64,000 bases of DNA, from NCBI GenBank assembly GCA_045602345.1, contig JAZSBI010000012.1, positions 17 to 64,016 of the forward strand, written 5' to 3'. This document shows, piece by piece, positions 32,940 through 41,985 of the stretch (positions within the stretch are counted from its first letter, which is position 1; each line of letters opens with the position of its first letter). Source of the stretch: Acutalibacteraceae bacterium (GTDB lineage: Bacteria; Bacillota; Clostridia; Oscillospirales; Acutalibacteraceae). Below the pieces are notes generated by a model. The model was not told where the DNA came from. It saw only the letters and a program-made list of their open reading frames with translations, and searched no databases. The translations under genes and the position numbers were made by a program.

Positions 32940-34703
32940 ATGATGGGCAACCAGAACGCCTATAAAGGAATTGCAGCTCGCTTGCGTGAACAGTTTACAG
33001 AAAATACAAATAAGTATCTCGGTATGTCTTTTGAAAACAAGGCTACAGGCATTGAAGCTGTTTTTTCAAAAGAAAGTCAAAAGGAATTAAAAAGTCGAAC
33101 TGATAATACAAAAGAAAACGGATTTACGTTACAAGAACATTTTGAAGTGGCTAATCAAATAAAAGAGCTATTTGAAAATGCTACACTTGAAAACACTCAC
33201 AATGACACAAAGCACGGCGAAACTAATGTGAAAATCGAACGATTCTTGAGCAAAGAAATCACTTTAAAGTCGGGAAAGAAAGTACAGGCTTGTATCACAG
33301 TTAAACATTCTCTTGATAAAGACGGCAGAATTATCTACTCACTTGAAGCAATGGACATAAAAAATGCCCTTGAAAAAACAAGGGCGAAGGGGCAGCCGAT
33401 TAATCGGACTGTCCACACATCTAATAATATATCACAAACTGGTAAAAATTCAAGCGGAATTGATGATATACGCAAAAATTATGAATCGGCAAAATCAGTT
33501 TCCGGCAATAAGAAAACGATTCATTTAGGCGATGAAAAAATTAAATGTCATTACAAGCTTGTGGAAGCTGATACACCGACGGCAAGCCATGACGAAAACA
33601 CATACAAGCCAACAGAAGGTTTCCCACAAACAAAAGGCTCAACCGCTAACGACAGAAACTATCAGACAGATAAAGATGCACAGGAAAGTGTAAGACATAT
33701 CGCTGCAAACTATAACGGTTTAGCTATTTCTGATTGCCCGGTAGTAACCAAAGACGGCATTGTTTTGTCAGGTAATAATAGAACAATGTCTTCTAAGCTT
33801 GCAGCCAAAAACGGCACAGACGGTGCATATATGGATGCGCTCAAAGAAGAATGTGAGGAATACGGCTTTGATGAAGACGATTTGAAACAGTTCAAGCATC
33901 CGCGCCTGATTCTGGAAATGGACGAATACAACGGTAATTATTCAACGAATGATTTTGCCAAATTCAATAAAGACGGTAAAAAAACAATGAACAACACAGA
34001 AAAAGCCGTCAAAATCTCCAAGACAATTGATGAAAAAGCAATTACAGATATTGCCGAAACAATGAGTGAGTATGAAACTTTAGGCGAGCTTTATGATAAC
34101 AAAAAAGCTGCAATGAACCTTGCTACAACACTTGTTACCAGCGGCATTATTGACCGTAATGAGCTTGCTCAATACTACACAGAAGACAACGGCTTTTCTG
34201 AAACTGGAAAAGACTTTATTGAAACGGCCCTTGTTGGAAGCGTTCTGGACGAAGCGAACATAAGAAGCGTTTCAAGTTCCGGCGGAAAAGAAATCCGTAA
34301 AAAACTTGTACGCGCCATACTTCCATTGATTGAAAACAAGGGTACAGGAAATGAATATTCATTCAACAAAGAATTGAATGAAGCTGTAAAGATTGCCGTT
34401 GAAGTTTCAAAGAACCATGACAAATTCAAGAACACAGACGAATATTTTGCGCAAGGCGATTTGTTTGGCGGAAATAAAAAAGACCCGTTGACGAAAAAGC
34501 TTGCTGAAATAATTCACGATTCTACACAGAAAGACTTTAACGAAAAAATGAAATCTATTAATGCCGGTTTAAGACCTGCTGCAAGCGGTCAATTTGATAT
34601 GTTTTGTGGCGGTTGCGAGTCAAAAGAAAGTATCATGTCAAGAATTCTTGATATAAAAGATACTGTTAAAAAAGCATTTAATTCTATATTTGGTGGTAAA
34701 TAA
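32940..34703 (+). CDS. large protein with ParB/sulfiredoxin-like core; begins inside an NRSxAMxGNxNA motif
   Basis: PVVTKDGIVLSGNNRTMSSKLAAKNG resembles the ParB-superfamily GxxR loop. The N-terminus is MMGNQNAYKG. Confidence 0.55.
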   Translation: MMGNQNAYKGIAARLREQFTENTNKYLGMSFENKATGIEAVFSKESQKELKSRTDNTKENGFTLQEHFEVANQIKELFENATLENTHNDTKHGETNVKIERFLSKEITLKSGKKVQACITVKHSLDKDGRIIYSLEAMDIKNALEKTRAKGQPINRTVHTSNNISQTGKNSSGIDDIRKNYESAKSVSGNKKTIHLGDEKIKCHYKLVEADTPTASHDENTYKPTEGFPQTKGSTANDRNYQTDKDAQESVRHIAANYNGLAISDCPVVTKDGIVLSGNNRTMSSKLAAKNGTDGAYMDALKEECEEYGFDEDDLKQFKHPRLILEMDEYNGNYSTNDFAKFNKDGKKTMNNTEKAVKISKTIDEKAITDIAETMSEYETLGELYDNKKAAMNLATTLVTSGIIDRNELAQYYTEDNGFSETGKDFIETALVGSVLDEANIRSVSSSGGKEIRKKLVRAILPLIENKGTGNEYSFNKELNEAVKIAVEVSKNHDKFKNTDEYFAQGDLFGGNKKDPLTKKLAEIIHDSTQKDFNEKMKSINAGLRPAASGQFDMFCGGCESKESIMSRILDIKDTVKKAFNSIFGGK

Positions 34704-34954
34704 TGGTACTTAATTGCAATATCACATTTTATCCAAACGAATTTCTGGATGAATACCCACAATTACAGCTCAAGAATATTTATTCTTTATTCAGACATGG
34801 ACAGTACAACGCAAAATTTGCTGATACTGAATTAGATTTGTATTACCACTGGATAAAAGAAAAAGACGAAGAAATTACAGCCTTGTACAGTGAGATAAAA
34901 GCGGCAATTGCGCCATATTTAGCGCCAGAAAGTTCAGGCATGTATTCCGTGTAA
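34703..34954 (+). CDS. hypothetical protein
   Basis: ORF track. TAATG overlap with the upstream gene. Confidence 0.6.
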   Translation: MVLNCNITFYPNEFLDEYPQLQLKNIYSLFRHGQYNAKFADTELDLYYHWIKEKDEEITALYSEIKAAIAPYLAPESSGMYSV

Positions 34955-34980
34955 GAATAAATGGAGAGTAAACAAGTTCT

Positions 34981-36327
34981 ATGACAATAATTGATTTTGA
35001 CGTATTAAAAAGTTTTGCTGATAGTTTTGGATATGATATTGTAATAGAAAAGCGTGTTAATGGACGGAACATAGCAAAGCTGATAAAGCGCCGTGTTCAA
35101 GATAAAAACGGTAAAATGACAACTGTTTATGTTAAAAATGGTGAAGAAGTGAAAATTCACACAAATAGGAACGGCAAGGCTGTAGGTGAGGTTGACATAA
35201 CCGGCAAGACAAAACATATATTAGGAAGCAAAGTTAGTTTTTCAAATAAGAACGGCAAAAATCAGAACGGCTTTATTGTTGAATCAAGAAACAACATGGA
35301 TGTAATACAAGACATTCACGGCGTTAGGCACTTTGTTCCGCACGACGCTATCCAGGTGAAGCATCTAACGCCGGAAACAATCAATAAAAAAATGTCTGCA
35401 AAAGATTTTAATGCTGCTGAATATAACCGTAAATATGATGATTTTGAAGCAAACGGAAGCTATAAAGGCATTGACTATTCTCTACAAAAATTCATAAGCG
35501 GTCTGAAAGACACGCATCCAGAAATTGAGCAGCGAATAAACTATGATATTAAAAGAGCTGAATCAAAACCCGAAACGATTTCGCTTTACAGGTTGAGCGG
35601 AGAGGGCGCGGAAGCTGTTTATTCTAAAGAACGGGAAGAAATACATAAAAAGATTATGGCTGAATTTTTTACGCCAGAAAAAATATGGAATACAACGCCC
35701 ATAGGAAACGAAAAACCGAAATTCCTTATTTTAGGTGGCAGAGGCGGAAGCGGCAAATCAGCCTTTAATGCAGATGAACATCCTGAATCCGGTGTATATT
35801 CAGAGAAAAACGTAATAAAGGTTGACCCTGACGAATTAAAAGAAAAGCTTGCAAACCTGACAGAAAAAGAGGGTTGGCAGGGTTATATGGCGGCGGCTTA
35901 TCACGAAGAATCAAGCGATTTATCAAAGAAAATAATGAAACAAGCAGTTTTAATGAACTTGAATGTTGTCATGGATATTACAATGTCGAATGCAGACAAG
36001 CAAATTGAAGAATTGGAACTTGCTCATTCATACGGATATGAAACAGGCGTTCATTATATGCACGTACCGAAACAAGACAGTTTCCGGCGCGCGATGTGTA
36101 GATATTGCGAAAACAAAAAGACAAAAGAATTTGATTATTCCGGGAGACTTGTTCCGCCGAGCGTATTATTGAGCATGGTTAATAATGAAGAAAACTTTGA
36201 AAAAATCAAAAAGTATGCTGATAATTGGAGTTTTTGGAACAATTTTATTCCGTGGAAGAATCCAGACGGCACAAAAAACGGAGCTATTAAAATTTGTGAG
36301 GGTGGAAAGCAGAAGGCTTGCCGATAA
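34981..36327 (+). CDS. zeta-toxin-like P-loop kinase, paralog 2
   Basis: Contains KPKFLILGGRGGSGKSAFN, VVMDITMSN and YSGRLVPPSVLLSM. Its C-terminal half is collinear with 17792..18883. Confidence 0.75.
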   Translation: MTIIDFDVLKSFADSFGYDIVIEKRVNGRNIAKLIKRRVQDKNGKMTTVYVKNGEEVKIHTNRNGKAVGEVDITGKTKHILGSKVSFSNKNGKNQNGFIVESRNNMDVIQDIHGVRHFVPHDAIQVKHLTPETINKKMSAKDFNAAEYNRKYDDFEANGSYKGIDYSLQKFISGLKDTHPEIEQRINYDIKRAESKPETISLYRLSGEGAEAVYSKEREEIHKKIMAEFFTPEKIWNTTPIGNEKPKFLILGGRGGSGKSAFNADEHPESGVYSEKNVIKVDPDELKEKLANLTEKEGWQGYMAAAYHEESSDLSKKIMKQAVLMNLNVVMDITMSNADKQIEELELAHSYGYETGVHYMHVPKQDSFRRAMCRYCENKKTKEFDYSGRLVPPSVLLSMVNNEENFEKIKKYADNWSFWNNFIPWKNPDGTKNGAIKICEGGKQKACR

Positions 36328-36366
36328 TATATATGTATATATAAATATATTTATGAAAAAAAGTAT

Positions 36367-36394
36367 TTGACAAAATAGAGATTTTAGATATACA
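36367..36394 (+). promoter_or_regulatory. candidate promoter for 36430..36654
   Basis: TTGACA-16-TATACA. It lacks the conserved leader hairpin. Confidence 0.4.
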
Positions 36395-36429
36395 CTAAAT
36401 TGTAGACAGGATAAAAGAGAGGTGTTGAT

Positions 36430-36654
36430 ATGGGAGAATGTTTCTTAAAAGACGATTTTAACGATCCAACTTTGGTTTATCACATTATCAGACCGGCAAA
36501 GCCTGAAAAATACATCAAAGATACAGCCCTTAACAAAGACGATATGAAAGACCCAAATAATTTTGGCAGCCCTGAATTTTCTGCATGGGTTTTAGAATGT
36601 ATCGAAAATGGGAAAAAGATTAGTCAGAAAGCTAAAGAAGCCAAAGCATGTTGA
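36430..36654 (+). CDS. hypothetical protein
   Basis: ORF track. AGAGAGGTG SD upstream. Confidence 0.6.
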   Translation: MGECFLKDDFNDPTLVYHIIRPAKPEKYIKDTALNKDDMKDPNNFGSPEFSAWVLECIENGKKISQKAKEAKAC

Positions 36655-36666
36655 TAAACTCTTTAG

Positions 36667-36754
36667 TTGACAACACTGAAATATAAATATATTATGACAC
36701 TATAGATTTGTCTTGCAAAGGCAGTCGTACTTTATGTATGGCTGCCTTTTTTTT
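36667..36754 (+). promoter_or_regulatory. promoter plus leader hairpin plus overlapping terminator, copy D
   Basis: TTGACA-17-TATTAT. Hairpin 36709-36723 (TGTCTT-GCA-AAGGCA). Terminator arms 36718-36726/36740-36748, then T8. Confidence 0.75.
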
Positions 36755-36775
36755 ATGGTCAGCCAAGAGGATTTT

Positions 36776-38158
36776 ATGGCTGATTCTTTGATAGACATTT
36801 CAGTTCCATTTATTATATGTAAATCACTGGAAGAAGGTTTTGATAATGACGGCAATTACATTTTTGAAACCGAAGCATCAAACGAAAACTTAGACCTTCA
36901 AAATCAAATCACACAGCAAACAGCCCTATTAGATTCTAAAGAATACTTTCTTTCAAATGGTGTAGTTTCCGACGATCACCAGCATAAAAAAAGACGGCCG
37001 GACGGCACAATAGAAACAGATAAATCAAAAATAATCGGTGAACCAATTTCAGTAAGAACAGAAGGCAAAAGAACTTTTGTAAAAGGCAAACTGTATGGCG
37101 CGGTAGAAGCGGCAAAGCCTTTTATTACTTTGCTTAAAGCTCATTCATCAAGAGTCAAAGCGTCAATCGGCGGAATAATGCCGCGCATTGTCAAAAATCC
37201 AGACGGCACAGAAACAATAACATCATTCTTATGGAATGATATGGCACTGACTGTATCGCCTGTTAATTACACTGTTGGCAGTGCATGTTTTGCAAAATCT
37301 TTGACAAATGCAGAATTCTGCAAAGCTTTAACAGCAGAAAGTCCGGCTGGAATGGCATTACAGCACGAAGATTTAGAACCGCATATTACACAGGCACAGC
37401 TTGCAAAAGACAGTGAAATTGAAAAGAACAATGACAAAAATGAAGCATTGATAAGAAACTGTTTAACAGAAATTAAAAATAAAAAACTACAGTCAAATGA
37501 AACTGAAATAACAAACTATCTTATTTTTCACGGTATGAACAAACACACAGCACAGGCTGCGGCTTGTGAAATTATAAAGCAAGGAGGGCCTATTATGGCT
37601 AAGAGCTGGTTCAGACAGCAGCTTGATGAAATCTTTCAGAAATCGTTGCCTGACAACGAAAAACCAAAGAAAGACGATGAAGCTGTTAATGAAAACGATC
37701 TTGATTTGGATGGAATCAATGATAACGAAGATGGAAACGACAACGACGATGTTGATAAATCCATTGTCGACATGACATCGATTCTGAAATCGGTTGATGC
37801 AGAAATGACTACAATGCGTCAGACAATTGAAGATCAAAAAGCACAGATTGCGGAATTGCAGGGCGCTGTTCTCGATGTAACAAAGTCATTTTCTTCTTAT
37901 CTTGAAAAGCCAAATGCACGTCAAACTGTTATTCAGAAAAGCGCGACAAACACACAGCAGGCAAAGAAGGCTGCAAAGCCTGATACAACTGATTTTGATG
38001 TTTTGAAATCTGCTTTGATGAAAGCAAGCCACGAAGGAAAAATTGGAGTTGAGACTGTTCAGCTTTACAGCAGCGAATTCCAGAAGGCAATGAAAGGCGA
38101 AACTGTGAACCCAAAGGTTATGCAGGATATTTGCCGTTTCGTAAATGCCAATAAATAA
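36776..38158 (+). CDS. prohead protease (XkdF/S78-like) fused to a coiled-coil scaffold-like C-terminus
   Basis: The start is moved to ATG 36776 (AAGAGGA SD), because the track start TTG 36713 lies inside the leader hairpin. Contains DDHQH, SIGG and ALTVSPVN motifs. Lies upstream of the capsid gene. Confidence 0.6.
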   Translation: MADSLIDISVPFIICKSLEEGFDNDGNYIFETEASNENLDLQNQITQQTALLDSKEYFLSNGVVSDDHQHKKRRPDGTIETDKSKIIGEPISVRTEGKRTFVKGKLYGAVEAAKPFITLLKAHSSRVKASIGGIMPRIVKNPDGTETITSFLWNDMALTVSPVNYTVGSACFAKSLTNAEFCKALTAESPAGMALQHEDLEPHITQAQLAKDSEIEKNNDKNEALIRNCLTEIKNKKLQSNETEITNYLIFHGMNKHTAQAAACEIIKQGGPIMAKSWFRQQLDEIFQKSLPDNEKPKKDDEAVNENDLDLDGINDNEDGNDNDDVDKSIVDMTSILKSVDAEMTTMRQTIEDQKAQIAELQGAVLDVTKSFSSYLEKPNARQTVIQKSATNTQQAKKAAKPDTTDFDVLKSALMKASHEGKIGVETVQLYSSEFQKAMKGETVNPKVMQDICRFVNANK

Positions 38159-38169
38159 GGGAGCGTATC

Positions 38170-39618
38170 ATGGGATTTTTTGATCAGCCAGAAGAAAACG
38201 AATTTGATACAAGTGTTCAGAACGAAGTGCTTGAAAAAGCTCTTGAAGCAGGTTATGGCACTGATGCCGCAAATTTCACAGGTGGACGCGCATTGCAGCG
38301 CGAAGACCTTGAAGCAACATTGGTTTCTATTCTCGATGTAAAACAGAAAGATTTGAAGCTTTTCCATAAACTTCACAAACAGAATGAAACATCAACAGTT
38401 CATCAGCTTGACCGTATGGTAGGCGTTGGCGATGATGAATTCCTTTTTGTTGGTGAAGGCGAGGAAGCTAAAGAAGGTGACGGCGAAATTGAAAGAAGAA
38501 TCTTTCAGACAAAGTACATTTCTACAGAATGGAAAGTTACGCATCCAGCAACATTGACAAACAATGTTGAATCAGCTATTAACGTCCAGAAAATCGCCGG
38601 TACAACAAGAGTTGGTAAGGCCGTTGAACGCGGAATTTTCCACGGTGATTCATCTGTAGTACCTAAGCAGTTTGACGGCTTGCTTAAAACTTTGAATGAT
38701 TCATCAAAGAACGCTGATTTAGCTAAAGAGCATCGTGCCGTATTGTTTGATGCACGCGGTCTTGAAATCGGTGAAAAAAATGACACACTGGGCGTTAAAT
38801 TTAATGAAGACACATTCAATGAAATTGCGGAAGAAGTATTTAACCGCGGTGGTGATCTTTCAGAAGCATACTTCCCTCCGGCTTTAGCTGGACAGTTCTG
38901 GAATTTGTTTAGTGAACGTTTGCGCTATTCGACAGGTGACACTCATACAGGACTTGAGAAATTGCCTGATGTTTGCACTGGTATCGGTTCTACTATCAAA
39001 ATTACAGACGATTGCGGCCCTGATAAAATGTTTAAGATCAAAGGTGAAGTTGTTGCAAAAGGTAATGGTGAAAAACGTCCAAACACACCAACAGGACTTA
39101 CAGCCGTTGCATCAGCTGATTCAGCATCTAAATTTAACGGCTTTGCCGGTGATTATCTCTATGCTGTTCATGCGGTCAACTCATTCGGTATTTCAGCAGG
39201 TAAAGAAATTGCCGCCGCTGTTACAGTTGCAGCCGGTAGCAAGGTTACTCTGACAATCACACCTGATTCAAACGGCCCTAGACCTTCTGGTTTTATTATT
39301 ACAAGAAGTGCTGCAGGCGGTTCAAAGCTCATGGAAATGGTTCGCATTAAGGCAAGCCCTGATGGAACTACAACATATATTGATTTGAACGAAGAACTGC
39401 CGGGAACTGGTTCAATCGTATTGCTTACACCAGTAACCGATGAAATGATTCCTAACCTGTCATTCGCACAGCTTATGGGGCTTTCAAACTTTGACTTGCC
39501 AACAAACAACCAGTTGACACATCGCGGTGTAATTGCTGTTTACGGTAATGCAGAGTTGCGCGCGCCTGAACATTGTGCATTGATTAAGAATATTGGTTGC
39601 CGCGGCGGCTTGTATTAA
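38170..39618 (+). CDS. major capsid protein
   Basis: 482 aa, immediately after the protease/scaffold gene, with GGGAG SD. The call rests on position and size. Confidence 0.75.
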   Translation: MGFFDQPEENEFDTSVQNEVLEKALEAGYGTDAANFTGGRALQREDLEATLVSILDVKQKDLKLFHKLHKQNETSTVHQLDRMVGVGDDEFLFVGEGEEAKEGDGEIERRIFQTKYISTEWKVTHPATLTNNVESAINVQKIAGTTRVGKAVERGIFHGDSSVVPKQFDGLLKTLNDSSKNADLAKEHRAVLFDARGLEIGEKNDTLGVKFNEDTFNEIAEEVFNRGGDLSEAYFPPALAGQFWNLFSERLRYSTGDTHTGLEKLPDVCTGIGSTIKITDDCGPDKMFKIKGEVVAKGNGEKRPNTPTGLTAVASADSASKFNGFAGDYLYAVHAVNSFGISAGKEIAAAVTVAAGSKVTLTITPDSNGPRPSGFIITRSAAGGSKLMEMVRIKASPDGTTTYIDLNEELPGTGSIVLLTPVTDEMIPNLSFAQLMGLSNFDLPTNNQLTHRGVIAVYGNAELRAPEHCALIKNIGCRGGLY

Positions 39619-39643
39619 ACCGGAATAAACAAAAGGAGACTGT

Positions 39644-40051
39644 ATGGCTACTAATAAACCTACAGTTTCCGCCAATCCGGCAAAAGGTAACGCGGAAACT
39701 GTTAAAACACAAACAAGCACAGAAACAAAACCGGATGAAACTGTTAAACAGAACGAAACAGGAACACAGCCTGCAGACAACCAGGCGGAAACTGAAAAAA
39801 CTGTAAATACAGAAAAAAAACCGGATGAAACACCTGAAAAAGATGAAACAGCCGGAAAGTCAGAAAAAGACAAAGAAGGTTTTGATGATGATGATACTGT
39901 TATCATCGTTTCAAAAAGCCGCGCTGGAAAGTCTATTACAGCTAACACAACAAATATCATTACATTTGATAAAAGTGGTAAAGCTGAATGTTCTGGATTT
40001 GAAGCAAAGTATTTGCTTGCATCCGGCTTGGGTTTTGAGCTTTCAAAATAA
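39644..40051 (+). CDS. hypothetical protein with T/E/K/P-rich low-complexity N-terminal half (decoration or scaffold-like)
   Basis: Strong SD AAGGAG. KPDET is repeated. Confidence 0.6.
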   Translation: MATNKPTVSANPAKGNAETVKTQTSTETKPDETVKQNETGTQPADNQAETEKTVNTEKKPDETPEKDETAGKSEKDKEGFDDDDTVIIVSKSRAGKSITANTTNIITFDKSGKAECSGFEAKYLLASGLGFELSK

Positions 40052-40062
40052 TTAAGGTAATT

Positions 40063-41250
40063 ATGGCAATATTCGCTGAAAGAACATCTAAAAGAGTTCT
40101 CATTACTATAGATGATGATGCAGATAAAAAATACATCTTGCAGCGTGCATTCTATAAAGACAGAACATGGAAAACATGGATTGGAAGCGAATTTGCCGTA
40201 ATTCTTGAAAATCCAGAAATACCGGATAATGATATACCCACAGACCCGGACACAAACACAAAAGAACCAATAAAGGCGCTTGCTATTGGTGCAGGTGATT
40301 TTATTGATTCATCAGTAACAGACGGACTATGGGAATACAGATATTACCCGGCAGATATAGAAAAACCTGAATTCAAAGATTTTAAGTTTAGTAAATGGGT
40401 AAAATTCGGAACACCTGATGCAGTAGGATATTCTTTCAACAATTATCATCCTGCTGCTGGTGAATGGGGCACAATCGTAACGCCGGATGATATGCGCTAT
40501 ACCTATCTATGGGGAACTGACTTAAAGGCCACAAACGGCACAATTTTCACTGATGAACAAATTCAGTTTTTCATTGATGAAAGTCTTGCCTATATGGAAA
40601 GAGAACTTAATTTGACGCTCAAAAAGCGCGTTATTAAGTCAGAAGCCCGGCAAAGAGGACTTCAAAAAGGCGTTGATTATGACACAGAAGAAGCTTTGTA
40701 TGATTTTTCGTATAGAAAAATTCAGCGCTACGGAATGATTCAAACACGTCAAAGACCGATTATCAACGTTGATAAATGCGAACTCATTTATAAAGACAGA
40801 ACAAAAAAAGATTTATTACCTTCTGTTGTAATTGACTACACAAAAGGAATCGTAAAGTTTTTGGAACGTCCTTATAAACCTTCTGAAAGAAATACAGGCA
40901 TTACAAGCGCTTTATTTGCATATGGACAGGAAACTTTTCAAAGCAGATTGTTCTATGCGATTGACTATTCAGCCGGTTATGAAACATCGGACGAAATACC
41001 GGCAGATTTAAGACAAGCAATCGCAAAAGTTGCGGCAATTTCGCTGCTTAACATTATCGGTGACGGCCTTATGTCTGGTTTTAGTTCAAGTTCACTTTCT
41101 CTTGATGGTATGTCAGAATCATTCAGCTCTACACAATCAGCTACATCGGCTTATTTTGGCGCACGAATTTCACAGTACAAAGACGACATAAAACAATACA
41201 TTCAGGAAAACAAATACAAATTCGGTTTTCTTCCAATGGGATGTTTATAG
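40063..41250 (+). CDS. hypothetical virion protein
   Basis: Long ORF in the structural operon. Confidence 0.7.
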   Translation: MAIFAERTSKRVLITIDDDADKKYILQRAFYKDRTWKTWIGSEFAVILENPEIPDNDIPTDPDTNTKEPIKALAIGAGDFIDSSVTDGLWEYRYYPADIEKPEFKDFKFSKWVKFGTPDAVGYSFNNYHPAAGEWGTIVTPDDMRYTYLWGTDLKATNGTIFTDEQIQFFIDESLAYMERELNLTLKKRVIKSEARQRGLQKGVDYDTEEALYDFSYRKIQRYGMIQTRQRPIINVDKCELIYKDRTKKDLLPSVVIDYTKGIVKFLERPYKPSERNTGITSALFAYGQETFQSRLFYAIDYSAGYETSDEIPADLRQAIAKVAAISLLNIIGDGLMSGFSSSSLSLDGMSESFSSTQSATSAYFGARISQYKDDIKQYIQENKYKFGFLPMGCL

Positions 41251-41259
41251 GGGGTTCAA

Positions 41260-41985
41260 ATGGCAGATTTTACCATGAATAAATTAAAAATTGCTGGAAT
41301 CCCTGGTTATGACAATGCAATAGGACAGAAAAAACCAGAAAATACAGGGCTTACACCAGAAGAATTAATGTCAAATATGCTTTTACCTTTTGACAAGCAA
41401 CATCCGGTTGTAATAACTGAAAATTGCGAAACGGGCAAGATTGAATACGATGCAAAGATTGAAATTGCCCGGAAAGACATTGTTCTTACGCTTGGAAAAG
41501 GCTCATATAACGGGCAAAGACTTGTTATAGTTGCCGGATTTGGTGAAGAAGGCACAGCAAAAATAATTCTTGAAGAAGGCAAAGAAAAAGCAATTAGTGC
41601 CGGTAGAGTAATTGAATATTTCTGGAATCAAAATCATTGGACAGGTGGAAGCAGCGGCGGCGGTTTAGGCAGCGGCGAAAGTTGCAGAATTTTCGGCGTT
41701 ATTGACGGAAACACAGCGACATTCACGAGCGAAGAATTCATAGGCGTTGAAGAGAATTATCTTATTGAGCTTTTCTGCTCAAACAAAGATGTAAAAATCA
41801 AAAACAGAACGGTGCAGGAGCACAGCCTTATTGTAACCTATGACCGCAGCGTGGAAGGTTGCGATTGTGTTGCAATAGTGACAACGGATGCCGGGAGCAT
41901 TGCGGCCGAAATCGGCAGAATGACGGAAGAAACGGAGAATATTTTATTCCCCGAAGAAATAACTACGGAGGCTATTAATGGCTAA
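41260..41985 (+). CDS. hypothetical virion protein; its C-terminal domain is paralogous to that of 43799..44233
   Basis: NTATFTSEEFIGVEENYLIELF...IVTYDRSVEG versus RQATFTSSTVIGSDASFAVSFY...TVTFDRDFIEG. Confidence 0.7.
   Translation: MADFTMNKLKIAGIPGYDNAIGQKKPENTGLTPEELMSNMLLPFDKQHPVVITENCETGKIEYDAKIEIARKDIVLTLGKGSYNGQRLVIVAGFGEEGTAKIILEEGKEKAISAGRVIEYFWNQNHWTGGSSGGGLGSGESCRIFGVIDGNTATFTSEEFIGVEENYLIELFCSNKDVKIKNRTVQEHSLIVTYDRSVEGCDCVAIVTTDAGSIAAEIGRMTEETENILFPEEITTEAING

Noticed and set aside
36713-36775. The track start (TTG 36713) of the protease/scaffold ORF. Similarly TTG 49716 and TTG 2062, 43068 and 45028 as starts.
   Set aside because: 36713 and 49716 fall inside the conserved leader hairpin or terminator, upstream of the SD. 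Internal in-frame ATGs with proper SDs (36776, 49758, 2137, 43083, 45046) are better supported.
39644-39850. The low-complexity T/E/K/P-rich region with a duplicated AAACCGGATGAAAC (KPDET), considered as a repeat element.
   Set aside because: It is an in-frame, compositionally biased part of a well-initiated CDS. Only two short copies exist, and nothing suggests a function beyond being a disordered linker.
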